A stretch of 64,000 nt of DNA from an uncultured Alphaproteobacteria bacterium (lineage in GTDB: Bacteria > Pseudomonadota > Alphaproteobacteria > Rhizobiales > Kaistiaceae): NCBI GenBank assembly GCA_963812275.1, contig CAWEUQ010000008.1, forward strand, positions 122,104-186,103, in the 5' to 3' direction. The notes under the pieces are model-generated. The model was given only the letters and a program-made list of their open reading frames with translations, did not search any database and was not told the DNA's origin. Made by a program: the position numbers and the translations under genes. Below are positions 52,655-63,971 of this stretch, piece after piece; position 1 is the stretch's first letter; each line of letters begins with the position of its first letter.

Positions 52655-53845
52655 TCAGGCGGCCCTCAGCCAGGCGCGGGGATCGACAATCGCCGCACCC
52701 TTGCCGGAGAGTGCGCGGCAGATATCCATCACCGCCTCGAGCGAATGGACCGTCCTGATCTCGTCGACATGCGGCAGCATCGCGCGGATGCCCCGCGCCT
52801 TTGCCTCGAAGCCCTCGAAGCCGAGCAACGGATTGAGCCAGACCAGCCGCCGGCAGGAACGATGCAAGCGATCCATTTCGCGGGACAGATCGTCGATCCC
52901 GTCGCGCTCGAGACCGTCGGTGACGAGGACGACGATCGCCCCCTGGCCGAGGACACGGCGCGACCAATGGCGGTTGAAATCCTCGAGGGCCGAGGCGATC
53001 CGCGTCCCGCCCGACCAGTCGGCGACGGTTTCCGAACAGGCGGCAAGCGCCTCGTCGACATCGCGATGGCGGAGCTGGCGCGTCACATTGGTCAGCCGGG
53101 TTCCGAACAGGAAGGTCGAGACCCGCCGCTGCCGGCCGAGCGCGTGGAAGAAATGCAGCAGCACCCGGGTGTAAGGGCTCATCGACCCGGAGATGTCGCA
53201 GAGCATGACGATGGGCGGCTGGACCTCGCGCCGCTGGCGATGGCGGAGCAGGATCATGTCGCCGCCGGCGCGAAGGCTCGAGCGGAGCGTGCGACGGGGA
53301 TCGATCGTGCCACCGGTCGCCGACACCGCGCGCCGCGACGGAACCCGGTCGTCGGGCAGGCGAAGCCTGTCGATTTCACGTTCGGCCCTGGCGATTTCGG
53401 CCGCGTCCATCTGGGCGAAGTCGCGCCGGCGCAGCACCTCGGCCTCGGACACGGTCAGCCGGGCGTCGATCTCGATCTCGGATTTCCGTCTCGCCGCGGC
53501 GCCCTCGGTGGCGCCGAGCATCGCTTCCGCGACGCGGCGGGCGGCCGGCGGCATCGCCTCGTCCCGGTCGTCGTCCCCGTCTTCGTCCTCCGGCGCGGTC
53601 TCGCCTTGGATCGGGGCACGGGTGCGCCAGAACAGGCGGAATGCCTGGTCGAAGATCGGGTGATGATCGTGGCGCGTGACGAAGACCGAATGCAGGGTCC
53701 AGTAGAAATCGGCACGGGCCTTCAGCCCGGCGATTTCCACCGCCTTGATCGCATCGACGACGGCCGCCGGGCCGACCGGCAGGCCGGCACGGCGCAGCGC
53801 CCGGGCGAAATGAACGATGTTGCCGGCCAGTTGCCCGGTCGTCAT
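52655..53845 (-). CDS. VWA domain protein (CoxE-like)
   Basis: NIVHFARALR, LCDISGSMSPY, FGTRLTNVT, WSGGTRI, VTDGLER, WLNPL. Confidence 0.92.
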   Translation of the reverse strand: MTTGQLAGNIVHFARALRRAGLPVGPAAVVDAIKAVEIAGLKARADFYWTLHSVFVTRHDHHPIFDQAFRLFWRTRAPIQGETAPEDEDGDDDRDEAMPPAARRVAEAMLGATEGAAARRKSEIEIDARLTVSEAEVLRRRDFAQMDAAEIARAEREIDRLRLPDDRVPSRRAVSATGGTIDPRRTLRSSLRAGGDMILLRHRQRREVQPPIVMLCDISGSMSPYTRVLLHFFHALGRQRRVSTFLFGTRLTNVTRQLRHRDVDEALAACSETVADWSGGTRIASALEDFNRHWSRRVLGQGAIVVLVTDGLERDGIDDLSREMDRLHRSCRRLVWLNPLLGFEGFEAKARGIRAMLPHVDEIRTVHSLEAVMDICRALSGKGAAIVDPRAWLRAA

Positions 53846-54750
53846 TCCGCGGCGTCCGCCCGGATCTCGGCCAGAAGCACACCGGCCCGTGCCGCGTCGA
53901 TCCGGCCGATGTCGTCCTGATACTTGAGCAGGACGCCGAGGGTATCGGCGACTGTCTGCGGATCGAGGGACTTGCGGTCGAGTTCGGTCAGGGCGCTCGC
54001 CCAGTCGAGGGTCTCGGCGACGCCCGGATTCTTGAACAGATCCTCATGGCGCAGCCGCTGGACGAAGGCGACGATCTCCTTCGACAGCCGCTCGCTTGCC
54101 GCCGGAACGCGGGTCCTGACGATCTCGAGCTCGCGGGCGAAATCCGGATAATCGATCCAGTGATAGAGGCAGCGCCGCTTCAGCGCGTCGTGGATCTCGC
54201 GGGTGCGATTGGTGGTGACGATGACGATCGGCGGGTGGTCGGCGCGGATGGTGCCGAGTTCCGGAATGGTGACCTGGTTGTCGGCGAGGATTTCGAGAAG
54301 AAAGGCCTCGAAAGCCTCGTCGGCGCGGTCGAGTTCGTCGATCAGCAGGATCGGCGGTCCGGCCGGATCGGGATCGAGCGCCTGGAGCAGCGGACGGCGG
54401 ATCAGGAAGCGCTCGGAGAAGACGTCCTCGACCAGATGTTCGCGATCGATGTCGCCGGTCGCTTCCGCCGCCCGGATCTCGATCATCTGCGCGGCGTAGT
54501 TCCATTCGTAGACCGCGCTGGCGATGTCGAGCCCTTCATAGCACTGCAGCCGGATCAGCCGCCGCCCCAGCCGGTCGGCCAGGACCTTGGCGATCTCGGT
54601 CTTGCCGACTCCGGCTTCGCCTTCGAGGAAGAGCGGCCGCCCCATCTTGAGGGACAGGAAGAGGACGGTCGCCAGCGCCCGGTCGGGCACATAGCCGCCG
54701 TCGCGCAGGAGCGCGAGTGTGGCATCGATATCGGTCGGCAGTTCGGTCAT
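53842..54750 (-). CDS. MoxR family AAA+ ATPase (CoxD-like)
   Basis: LEGEAGVGKTE, RLQCYEGLD, LLIDELDRAD, RTREIHDALKRRC. Confidence 0.93.
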   Translation of the reverse strand: MTELPTDIDATLALLRDGGYVPDRALATVLFLSLKMGRPLFLEGEAGVGKTEIAKVLADRLGRRLIRLQCYEGLDIASAVYEWNYAAQMIEIRAAEATGDIDREHLVEDVFSERFLIRRPLLQALDPDPAGPPILLIDELDRADEAFEAFLLEILADNQVTIPELGTIRADHPPIVIVTTNRTREIHDALKRRCLYHWIDYPDFARELEIVRTRVPAASERLSKEIVAFVQRLRHEDLFKNPGVAETLDWASALTELDRKSLDPQTVADTLGVLLKYQDDIGRIDAARAGVLLAEIRADAAE

Positions 54751-54816
54751 CTCGGAAGGATCGCTTGGAGGAGACTGCTGTCTAGCACGGCCCGGCAACG
54801 AGGCGAAACGGGGGAC

Positions 54817-56475
54817 CTACATCCCCCGATAATTCGGTCCGCCGCCACCCTCCGGCGGCACCCAGTCGATGTTCTGGTTGGGGTCCTTGATGTCGCAGGT
54901 TTTGCAATGAACGCAATTGGTTGCGTTGATCTGGTAACGAAGCGATTCACCTTCACCGACCCATTCATAGACGCCCGCCGGACAGTAGGAGCCGGAGGGG
55001 CCGCCATAGATGTCGTGCTCCGACGTCTTTTGCAGCGCCGTGTCGCGAACCCGCAGGTGCGGCGGCTGGTCCTCGTCGTGGCTGACGCCGGCGACGAAGA
55101 CCGAGGAAAGCCGGTCGAAGGTGAACTGTCCGTCCGGCTTCGGGTAGACGGCCGGTTTCGCCCTGGCCGCCGGCACCGTCGCCTCGTAATCGGGCTTGCC
55201 GTGCCGCATCGTCCCGAACAGCGACAGGCCGATGGTGTTCAGCCACATGTCCAGTCCACCGAGCGCCACGCCGGCCAGGGTCCCGAGCTTCGACCATAGT
55301 GGCTTGACGTTGCGGACCGGGCGGAGGTCCCGGCCGATGGCCGACTCCCGCCAGGCGTCCTCATAGGCCGTCAGTTCGTCATGCGCCCGTCCCGCCCCGA
55401 TCGCCGCGGCGACGTGATCGGCGGCGAGGATGCCCGACAGGATTGCGTTATGGCTGCCCTTGATACGCGGAACATTGACGAATCCCGCCGCGCAGCCGAC
55501 CAGCGCGCCGCCGGGAAAGGTCAGCTTCGGCACCGACTGCCAGCCGCCCTCGGTGATCGCCCGCGCGCCGTAGGAAAGCCGTTCGCCGCCGTCGAGAACC
55601 GGTCGGATCGCCGGGTGGGCCTTGAATTGCTGGAAGACGCCGAAGGGCGAGAGGTGCGGATTGGCATAGTTGAGGTGAACGACGAAGCCGATCGCGGCCA
55701 GGTTCTCACCATAGTGATAGAGGAACGAGCCGCCGCCGGTGCGGTTGTCGAGCGGCCAGCCGAAGGAATGCTGGACCAGCCCCGGCCGGTGGTTTTCCGG
55801 CAGGACGCGCCAGAGTTCCTTGATGCCGAGGCCGTATTTCTGGGGTTCGCGATCGGCATCGAGGGCGAAGCGCGCGATGAGCTGTTTGGCAAGCGAGCCG
55901 CGCGCCCCCTCGGCGATCAGGGTGTATCTGGCATGGAGCTCCATGCCGCGCTGGAAGGACGGCTTGGGCGTCCCGTCCCGGCCGATCCCCATGTCGCCGG
56001 TCGCGACGCCGACGACCGCGCCTTCGTCGTCGGTGAGGACTTCAGTCGCGGCGAAGCCCGGGAAAATCTCGACGCCGAGCGCCTCGGCCTTTTCCGCCAG
56101 CCAGCGGCAGAGGTCGCCGAGCGAGGCGATAAAGTTGCCGTGATTGCCCATCAGCGGCGGCATCAGCCAGTTCGGCAAGCGAACCGCGCCTCCGGGTCCG
56201 AGCCAGAGAAACCGGTCGGCGGTGACCGGCTGACTGACCGGGCTGTCTTCTTCCCGCCACTCTGGCAGCAAGGCGTCGAGACCGGCCGGATCGATGACCG
56301 CGCCGGACAGGATATGGGCGCCGACCTCCGAGCCCTTCTCCAGGACCACGACTGAAAGGTCCGGCGCAGTCTGTTTCAGCCGGATCGCCGCGGCCAGCCC
56401 CGCCGGGCCGGCGCCGACGACGACCACGTCGAACGCCATGGATTCGCGGGGCGGGAGGTCGCTTGTCTCGTTCAT
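54817..56475 (-). CDS. Electron transfer flavoprotein-ubiquinone oxidoreductase
   Basis: GAGPAG, EKGSEVGAHILSG, YGARAITEGG, KIKG-like RIKGSH, CPAGVYE, NCVHCKTCDIKDP. Confidence 0.96.
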   Translation of the reverse strand: MNETSDLPPRESMAFDVVVVGAGPAGLAAAIRLKQTAPDLSVVVLEKGSEVGAHILSGAVIDPAGLDALLPEWREEDSPVSQPVTADRFLWLGPGGAVRLPNWLMPPLMGNHGNFIASLGDLCRWLAEKAEALGVEIFPGFAATEVLTDDEGAVVGVATGDMGIGRDGTPKPSFQRGMELHARYTLIAEGARGSLAKQLIARFALDADREPQKYGLGIKELWRVLPENHRPGLVQHSFGWPLDNRTGGGSFLYHYGENLAAIGFVVHLNYANPHLSPFGVFQQFKAHPAIRPVLDGGERLSYGARAITEGGWQSVPKLTFPGGALVGCAAGFVNVPRIKGSHNAILSGILAADHVAAAIGAGRAHDELTAYEDAWRESAIGRDLRPVRNVKPLWSKLGTLAGVALGGLDMWLNTIGLSLFGTMRHGKPDYEATVPAARAKPAVYPKPDGQFTFDRLSSVFVAGVSHDEDQPPHLRVRDTALQKTSEHDIYGGPSGSYCPAGVYEWVGEGESLRYQINATNCVHCKTCDIKDPNQNIDWVPPEGGGGPNYRGM

Positions 56476-56586
56476 TCCGTCGTCTTGTCACGACGGAAAG
56501 CGATTGACCAGTGGGCGGGGACTTGCGCGCTCCGGCGACGCCGCATACTCCGGGACCCGGCAGAGGGGGATTGGGGGATCGGCAAC

Positions 56587-57664
56587 GTGCGTGATTACAG
56601 GATTGCCGCCATTCCGGGCGACGGCATCGGCACCGAGGTCGTGCCGGCCGGGCTGCGGGTGCTCGAGGCGCTGGCGCGGCGGTCCGGCGATTTCCGGATC
56701 GTGGCGACCGACTTTCCCTGGGGCTCCGACCACTATCGCGAGACCGGCCGGATGATGCCCGACGACGGCCTCGACCGACTTCGCGAATTCGACGCCATCC
56801 TTTTCGGCGCGGTCGGCGATCCCGCGGTTCCCGACGACGTAACGCTCTGGGGGCTGCGCCTGAAGATCTGCCAGGGCTTCGACCAGTATGCCAATGTCCG
56901 GCCGACGCGCATCCTCCCGGGCCTGACCAGTCCGCTCGCCAATGTCGGGCCTGGTGATCTCGACTGGGTGATCGTGCGCGAGAACAGCGAGGGCGAATAT
57001 TCCGGCATCGGCGGGCGCACCCATCGCGGCCAGCCGGAAGAAGTCGGCACCGAAGTCGCCATGTTCACCCGGCACGGCGTCGCGCGGATCATGCGCTTCG
57101 CCTTCGAACTGGCCCGCTCCCGGCCGCGCAAGCACCTCACCATCGTCACCAAGTCCAACGCCCAGCGCCACGGCATGGTGCTCTGGGACGAGGTCGCCGC
57201 CGAGGTCGCCGCGCGATTTCGCCGACGTGACCCACGACAAGATGCTGGTCGACGCAATGACGGTGCGGATGGTCCGCGACCCGGGAAGCATCGATGTCGT
57301 CGTCGCCACCAACCTCCATGCCGATATCCTCAGCGACCTCGCGGCGGCGCTGGCGGGCAGCATTGGCATCGCGCCGACCGCCAATCTCGACCCCGAACGG
57401 CGGTATCCGTCGATGTTCGAACCGATCCATGGCGCGGCTTTCGATATCGCCGGCCGCGGCAGCGCCAATCCGCTCGGCACCTTCTGGAGCATTGTCATGA
57501 TGCTCGACCATCTCGGCGAGCCGGCGGCGGCGCATCGGCTGATGACGGCGATCGAGGCGGTGACTGGCGCCGGCGTCTGCCTGCCCGCCGACCTCGGCGG
57601 CGAGGCGACCACGAGCGAGGTCACCGACGCCGTGATCGAAGCGATCCGCGGCGCCAACGACTGA
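56587..57664 (+). CDS. Tartrate dehydrogenase/decarboxylase family (frameshift near 57215)
   Basis: IPGDGIGTEV, ICQGFDQYANVRP, RENSEGEY, TKSNAQRHGM, NLHADILSDL, FEPIHG. Confidence 0.9.
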
Positions 57665-57830
57665 CGAACGGACCGTTTGCGATGGGTTAAAGATCGGCGC
57701 CAAAGTCAATCGCGCTTTCCGCCTGGCTGCGTTAGGTATGGTTCGCCATGCGCGGACGTATCGATCGAAGCGGGCGACAAGGGAGGCTGACGTGTCATCA
57801 TTTTCGGCATTCGGATCGGAAGTCCGAGGT

Positions 57831-59430
57831 ATGGCGCGACGCCGGCCGTTCCTCTCTGCCTTGCTGATCGGCGCGAGCCTGCTCGCCACCTCGATGCTTC
57901 CGGCCGGTGCCGAGGACGCCACGCCCCCTCTCCTTCCGGCTCCCGTCGCGCCTGTCCCGCCGCTTTTCGACCAGGCTGATATCGACAAGGCGCTCGGCGA
58001 ACTGGACGGCATCGTCGAAGCCGCAATGGAGCCGGACCGGCCTGCCGGGGCTGGCCGTCGGCGTCGTCTACAAGGACAAGGTCGTCTATGCCAAAGGCTT
58101 CGGCGTCCGCGAGATCGGCAAGCCCGGCGCGATCGATCCGGAAACGGTCTTCATGCTCGCCTCGGTGTCGAAGCCGATCGCCTCGACCATCGTCGCCAAG
58201 CTCGTCGGCGACGGGCTGATCGACTGGCACGACCCGGTCATCACCCACAATCCGGATTTCGCGCTCTCCGACCCCTATGTCACCGAAAACGCCACCTTCG
58301 CCGATCTCCTGTCGCACCGGAGCGGACTGAGGACCGGCGCCGGCGATCTGCTCGAGGATCTCGGCTTCGATCGCGACTACATCCTCGCCCATCTCGACCA
58401 GCAGCCACTCGATCCGTTCCGCTCGACCTACCACTACAGCAACTTCGGCTACACCGAGGGCGGCATCGCCGCGGCGGTCGCGGCCGGCAAGAGCTGGGAA
58501 GACCTCGCCGACGACGTGCTGTTCGGGCCGGCTGGCATGACGAGCGCCAGCTACCGCCACGCCGACTACCTCGCCCATGAGGACCGCGCCCGCATCCACG
58601 CCCGCCTTCCCGACGGGAGCTGGGTGGCGCGCTACGACAGGGAACCCGACGCCGAGGCGCCGGCCGGCGGCGCCAGCGCGTCGCTGAACGACATGCTCCG
58701 CTTCGTTCGCTTGCAACTCGCCGGCGGCATGCTGGACGGGGTCCGGGTCGTCGACGAGGAGGCGCTGGTCGCGCCGCACGTGCCCCAGGTGATCCCGGGT
58801 TCACCCCGGAGCGCGGCGAATCGCGGCGGGTTCTATGGCTTTGGCTGGAATGTCAGCTACGACGACCAGGGCCGGTCCCGGGTCGGCCATTCAGGCGCCT
58901 TCAATCTCGGCACGGCCACCAACATTCTGATGATGCCTGGCGAGGACCTCGCCATCGTCACCCTGACCAACGGAAGCCCGATCGGCGTCGCCGAGGCGAT
59001 CGGCGCGGCATTTGTCGATGTCGCCCAGAACGGGCGGCAGACCGTCGATTGGGTCGGTTTCCTCGGCGCGGCCTTCGAACATATGCTGGCGGCCGAAGCG
59101 CCCGCCGTCGACTACACCAGGCTTCCGTCCGATCCCCAGCCACCGCGGGCGCTCGACCGTTATGCCGGCACCTACCGGAACAGCTACTACGGCCCGCTCA
59201 CCGTCTCCGCCGCCGGCGACAACCTGTCGATGACGCTCGGCCCCGAAGCTGCGCCGACGACCTTCGCCCTCAGCCCTTTCGACGGCGATACCTTCAGCTT
59301 CCAGACCATCGGCGAGAATGCCAACGGCCTGGCCGGTGCGATCTTCACGCTCGACGAAGACGGACCGGCTTCGAGCGTCGTTCTCGACTTCTATGACGTC
59401 AACGGCCTCGGCACCTTCGCCCGGGAATAA
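57831..59430 (+). CDS. Serine hydrolase (beta-lactamase class C-like) with C-terminal DUF3471-type domain (frameshift near 58033)
   Basis: Signal peptide; SVSK (SxxK), YHYSN, HSG motifs; YAGTYRNSYYG. Confidence 0.87.
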
Positions 59431-59563
59431 GGCCGAGCGATTTTTGGTGGATTCCCATCATTCTCGGCCCTTGCGGGTCGTCGGCGTCCGCGCGACACTC
59501 GGCGGGCCGTTCCGCGCCCATGCGGAACCCAGACAATAATCTCAAAAAGAGAGGAACGCCCGC

Positions 59564-60502
59564 ATGCTCAAGAGAGTCACAGGTCTTCTCGTCGGCGCCG
59601 CAATGGCTCTGGCGGTTCCGCTGACGGCACAGGCCGCCGGCAAGACCTTCTACTGGATTTCGCACGGCGGACCGGCCGACCCGGTCTGGACCTACTTCCT
59701 CCAGGGTGCAAACCAGTGGGCCGAGGATACCGGTAATACGGTCAACACCTCCTTCCACAGCGGCGACGTGCCGTCCCAGCAGGAAGCTGTCCGTTCGGCA
59801 ATCGCCGCGGGCGCCGACGCCATCGTCACCACCAGCCCCGACCCGGGCTCGATGGGCGAAGTTGTCGACGAGGCGCATGCCGCGGGCATCCCGGTCATCA
59901 ACATCAACACGCCCGATCCGACCGTCAACTTCGACTCCTATGTCGGCATGGATCTCGTCGTCACCGGCCAGAAGTGGGCGCAATACCTGGTCGACAACAA
60001 GCTGGTGAAGGAAGGCGACTTCGTCTGGATGCCCGTCGAGGTTCCCGGCGCCACCTATGGCGTCCAGGAAGAGCAAGGCATCAAGAGCGTTTTTGAGCCT
60101 CTCAACATCACCTGGGAAGTGACCGACAACACGCTCGACCAGGGCGAGGTCATCACCCGCATGTCCGATTACCTCACGGCCAATCGCGACAAGGTGAAAG
60201 CGATCATCGGTCTCGGCGACCTCGTCACCGGCTCGATCAAGCGCGTCTTCGACCAGGTCGGCGTCAAGCCGGGCGATATCCCGGTCGTCGGCTGGGGCAA
60301 TTCGCTCGACACCACCCAGGAAGTCCTCACCGGTTATGTCAACGCCGGCATGTGGCAGGACCCGCAGGCGACGAGCTATGTCGGTCTCTCACTCGCGGCC
60401 ATGGCCGCGAGCGGTATCCCGCCCGGATTCGACGTGCTGGTCGGCAATCTCTACCAGAAGGATGGCGCGCAGCTCATCGACGACATCCTTTCCGGAAAAT
60501 AG
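59564..60502 (+). CDS. Sugar ABC transporter substrate-binding protein
   Basis: Signal peptide ending AQA; AGIPVININT, VVGWGNS, QDPQATSY. Confidence 0.9.
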   Translation: MLKRVTGLLVGAAMALAVPLTAQAAGKTFYWISHGGPADPVWTYFLQGANQWAEDTGNTVNTSFHSGDVPSQQEAVRSAIAAGADAIVTTSPDPGSMGEVVDEAHAAGIPVININTPDPTVNFDSYVGMDLVVTGQKWAQYLVDNKLVKEGDFVWMPVEVPGATYGVQEEQGIKSVFEPLNITWEVTDNTLDQGEVITRMSDYLTANRDKVKAIIGLGDLVTGSIKRVFDQVGVKPGDIPVVGWGNSLDTTQEVLTGYVNAGMWQDPQATSYVGLSLAAMAASGIPPGFDVLVGNLYQKDGAQLIDDILSGK

Positions 60503-60633
60503 ACACCGGAAGACCAACATGGATGCCGCGGCGGCCCCGGCCGTCGCGGTTCCCCCACCCACGACCCAAGTGAGCACCCGGACGGACCACCGCCCCGGGT
60601 AGAAATTACCCAAGCCCATCCCGGAAAGGCATC

Positions 60634-61620
60634 GTGGAACATCAATCGCTGGCCAGACGCCTGATCGCCAAGCCGGAGTTCGGTCCGTTCGTCCTCCTCG
60701 TGGTCGAACTGGTTGTCTTCACCGCCATCAACCCAACCTTCCTGTCGCCGCTCAATATTTCGAACACCCTGGTCTTCACGGTCGAGCTCGGCCTCATCGC
60801 CCTGGCGATGACGCTGCTGATGACCGCCGGCGAATTCGATCTCTCGGTCGGCGCGGTTTTCGGCTTCTCGCCGGTGGTGATGTGGACCCTGTTCAATCAG
60901 GGCGTCCTGCCGCTTCCCATGGCGTTCCTCGTCGCGCTGATCATCGCCGCCTTCATCGGTCTGGTGAACGGCCTGTTCGTGACGCGGTTGAAGATCCCGT
61001 CCTTCCTGGTGACGCTGGGCATGCTGCTCGTGGTTCGCGGCACCGCGCTTTTCGTCACCGACGGCTTTCCGCAGCGGACCTGGAACGCAGGCGACCAATG
61101 GATATCCCAGGTGCTGGTCGGCGACATCCATATCGGCCCGTTCCGCCTCTACATGTCGCTGTTCTGGTTCATCCTCGTCGCCGTGATCTTCTGGTACATC
61201 CTGACCCAGACCAAATTCGGCAACTGGATCCAGGCATCCGGCGGCAATCCCAGCGCCGCCGGCGCCCGTGGCGTCAACGTCAATCGCACCAAGGTGGCGC
61301 TGTTCATGCTCTGCTCGGCGATGGCGGCGCTGGCCGGCATCATCAGCTCGATCCGAACCTCCGCCGCCAATCCCAACAGCGGCACCGGCTACGAGCTGGA
61401 GGTGATCGCCATGGTGGTCATCGGCGGCACCGCGCTGATGGGTGGCCGCGGCACGATTGTCGGAACCGTCCTCGGCGTCTTCATCCTTCGCGTCATGCGG
61501 AACGGCATCGTTCTGATCGGCGTGCCGGGCCTCGCCTACAACATCTTCATCGGCGCGATCATTCTCGGGATGATGGCGCTGCATTACGGACTCGAACGCC
61601 GACACCAGGCGGGGACCTAG
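60634..61620 (+). CDS. Sugar ABC transporter permease
   Basis: GEFDLSVG, KIPSFLVTLG, TKFGNWIQASGGNPSAA, YELEVIAMVVIGG. Confidence 0.94.
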   Translation: MEHQSLARRLIAKPEFGPFVLLVVELVVFTAINPTFLSPLNISNTLVFTVELGLIALAMTLLMTAGEFDLSVGAVFGFSPVVMWTLFNQGVLPLPMAFLVALIIAAFIGLVNGLFVTRLKIPSFLVTLGMLLVVRGTALFVTDGFPQRTWNAGDQWISQVLVGDIHIGPFRLYMSLFWFILVAVIFWYILTQTKFGNWIQASGGNPSAAGARGVNVNRTKVALFMLCSAMAALAGIISSIRTSAANPNSGTGYELEVIAMVVIGGTALMGGRGTIVGTVLGVFILRVMRNGIVLIGVPGLAYNIFIGAIILGMMALHYGLERRHQAGT

Positions 61621-61623
61621 ACC

Positions 61624-62397
61624 ATGGCCGAAGACCTCGTCCGGATGGAACACGTCACCAAATTCTATGGCCGCGTCCAGGCCCTCGACGATGTGAATTT
61701 CACCGTCAGGGAGAAGGAAATCGTCGGACTGCTCGGCGACAATGGCGCCGGCAAGTCGACCCTGATCAAGGTACTGTCGGGCGCCGTGCCATCGACCAGC
61801 GGCGACATCTACATGCGCGGCAAGAAGGTCGAGATCAAAAGCACGACCGACGCCATCGCCAACGGCATCGAGACGATCTACCAGGACTCGGCGCTGGTCA
61901 CCCAGCTGTCGATCGCGCGGAACCTCTTCCTCGGCCGCGAGCCGGTCAAGGGTCCCGCCTTCCTCAACCGGATGGACTACGCGACGATGAACCAGGTCGC
62001 CGGCGATCTTCTGCGCCGCGTCGGCATCACCAAGAACATCCCGACCTCGACACCGATCTCGGCGCTGTCGGGTGGTGAGCGGCAGGCGGTGGCGATCGCC
62101 CGGGCGATGTATTTCGACAGCGACCTGATCATCCTCGACGAACCGACCAACAATCTCGGCGTGGCTGAAACGCGAGGCGTCCTCAATTTCGTGCGCAATG
62201 CCCGCGACCGCGGCCATTCCTGCATCTTCATCGCCCACAACATCCACCACGTGTTCCAGGTGGTGGACCGCATCGTCGTCATGCGCCGCGGCACCATCGT
62301 CGCCGACGACATCGACCCGAAGAAGACCAGCGTCGACGAGGTCGAGCTGGTCATCACGGGGATGTCGGACGAGGAACTCGCCGCCGCTTCGGTGTAG
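61624..62397 (+). CDS. Sugar ABC transporter ATP-binding protein (single domain)
   Basis: GDNGAGKST, LSGGERQ, ILDEPT. Confidence 0.95.
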   Translation: MAEDLVRMEHVTKFYGRVQALDDVNFTVREKEIVGLLGDNGAGKSTLIKVLSGAVPSTSGDIYMRGKKVEIKSTTDAIANGIETIYQDSALVTQLSIARNLFLGREPVKGPAFLNRMDYATMNQVAGDLLRRVGITKNIPTSTPISALSGGERQAVAIARAMYFDSDLIILDEPTNNLGVAETRGVLNFVRNARDRGHSCIFIAHNIHHVFQVVDRIVVMRRGTIVADDIDPKKTSVDEVELVITGMSDEELAAASV

Positions 62398-62664
62398 GCG
62401 GGTCGGCGCCCAGGGACCGGGCCGGTTCAAGGCGGCGAGCGCCCGGCGCACGGAAGTCGACTCGACCGGCGCGGTTCTCCGGCCTTGGCCGATTCACCTG
62501 CGGCGGTCCCAGAGCCGGGATCGACCCGATCCTCGCATATTCTCCACCCCTGTTGTAGAATGTGCATGTCCATACACGATTAGGGTGTATTCGAGGCGCC
62601 ATGGGCGTTGCGAGATTCGTCAATGCGTCCAATGCGCGCCGGAAACCGGGCACGGGAGGCTCGT

Positions 62665-63378
62665 TTGAACGATAGCCGAGAGCCAGGAACACCGAAATCA
62701 GCCAGGCCAAAAAAGGGGACGCGCGGCATCGACCACGCGTTCGACCCGCAGTCGTTTCTTGTTAGCGCGGACGTTGCCCGCTCGGACCTGAAGTTCCACA
62801 AGGACGAGGGGATCTTCCGCCAAGGTGACCCCGCCGACGCGGTCTTCTTCGTAGAGTCCGGCCGGGTTCAACTCACGGTTGTCTCCGACCAGGGGAAGGA
62901 AGGCGTCATCGCGCTGTTGGGACCGGGCGATTTCTTCGGCGAGGGGTGTCTTGCCGGGCAGCCGTTTCGTATGGCCTCGGCCGTTGCGACCGCCGCATCG
63001 AGCGTCTTGAAGATCGACAAGGCGGCGATGGCACGGCTCCTCCATGACAACCCGGATTTCTCCGACGGGTTCATGACCTTCCTGCTGACACGCAGCATCC
63101 AGGTTGAGGCCGATCTCGTCGATCAGCTTTTCAATTCAAGCGAAAAGCGGCTCGCGCGCCTGCTCCTGCTTCTCGCCAACTTCGGTAACGACGGAGAGCT
63201 GCGGCCAATCGTTCCGAAGATCAGTCAGGAGGTTCTGGCCGCGCGGATCGGAACGACCCGCTCGCGAGTCAACTACTTCCTGAACAAGTTCCGGAAGCTC
63301 GGACTGATCGAATACAACGGCCACATGAAGGTGCATACGGCACTGGTCAACATCATCGTCCACCACGAGGACGACTAG
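62665..63378 (+). CDS. Crp/Fnr family transcriptional regulator
   Basis: IFRQGDPAD, GDFFGEGCLAG, EKRLARLLL, SQEVLAARIGTTRSRVNYF; TTG start after GGGAGG (ORF open from 62608). Confidence 0.92.
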   Translation: MNDSREPGTPKSARPKKGTRGIDHAFDPQSFLVSADVARSDLKFHKDEGIFRQGDPADAVFFVESGRVQLTVVSDQGKEGVIALLGPGDFFGEGCLAGQPFRMASAVATAASSVLKIDKAAMARLLHDNPDFSDGFMTFLLTRSIQVEADLVDQLFNSSEKRLARLLLLLANFGNDGELRPIVPKISQEVLAARIGTTRSRVNYFLNKFRKLGLIEYNGHMKVHTALVNIIVHHEDD

Positions 63379-63971
63379 CGACAGATCCATTTCGTCGGAT
63401 ATGGAGCCTGCCCGGCTCCTTGATCACTGTCGTCTTTCGCGCGAAAGCGAGCGCGCTTTTCCTGAAAGTGCTCCAGCTACGAAGCCGCTCTCCGACTGAA
63501 TAGCGGCCTCTGTACCCCAGGCCACCCTCAAATCCCAACGTCTTCGACGCGGCCGCACCAATCTGCGGAAAGTGTCCCCTGCGTCTGGTCGCAATGTCCG
63601 AATGTATTCTTCGATGGGCTAAAAAGAGCCTAACACAGTCATTTTCCGCCACTACAATGTATTGTTCACCACAATCAAATAGTCCATCCATAGTGTTCGG
63701 TTTTGTACATTATTATTTGGACGAATATCTATTGTTATTGCAAGAATGTCGAGGCGAATAAAGAAACACTTCGATTAGTCTAAAACTTTAGACATGTCGA
63801 TCAACAGCGTTTCTGCAAACGAGCCCGCACAGCGGCATCGGCTTGTCCTAGAAATACTTCGCCCCTCCAAATTGAACATCGCCGCGGCGCCCCGCGTGAA
63901 GAAGCAAAAAACGCGAAAGCGATCGGAGAGGTGCGTGCACCTCGTCGCCGCCTCCGCCGAGGAGAATTCAC

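Noticed and set aside
57831-59430. Beta-lactam resistance gene
   Set aside because: SxxK/YxN/HxG motifs with a DUF3471-type tail fit general serine hydrolases or peptidases; resistance cannot be inferred.
458-62451. Many long antisense or alternate-frame ORFs in the ORF track (e.g. 4560-6554, 14563-16974, 21124-23148, 33064-34722, 60451-62451)
   Set aside because: They shadow well-supported genes and are expected from high-GC codon bias; they carry no family motifs.
63890-63970. Glycine-riboswitch-like fragments (GAAGAAGCAA, GGAGAG, CGCCGAGGAG)
   Set aside because: The CTCTCAGG element is missing and the GAGGAG is better explained as the RBS of the next gene.
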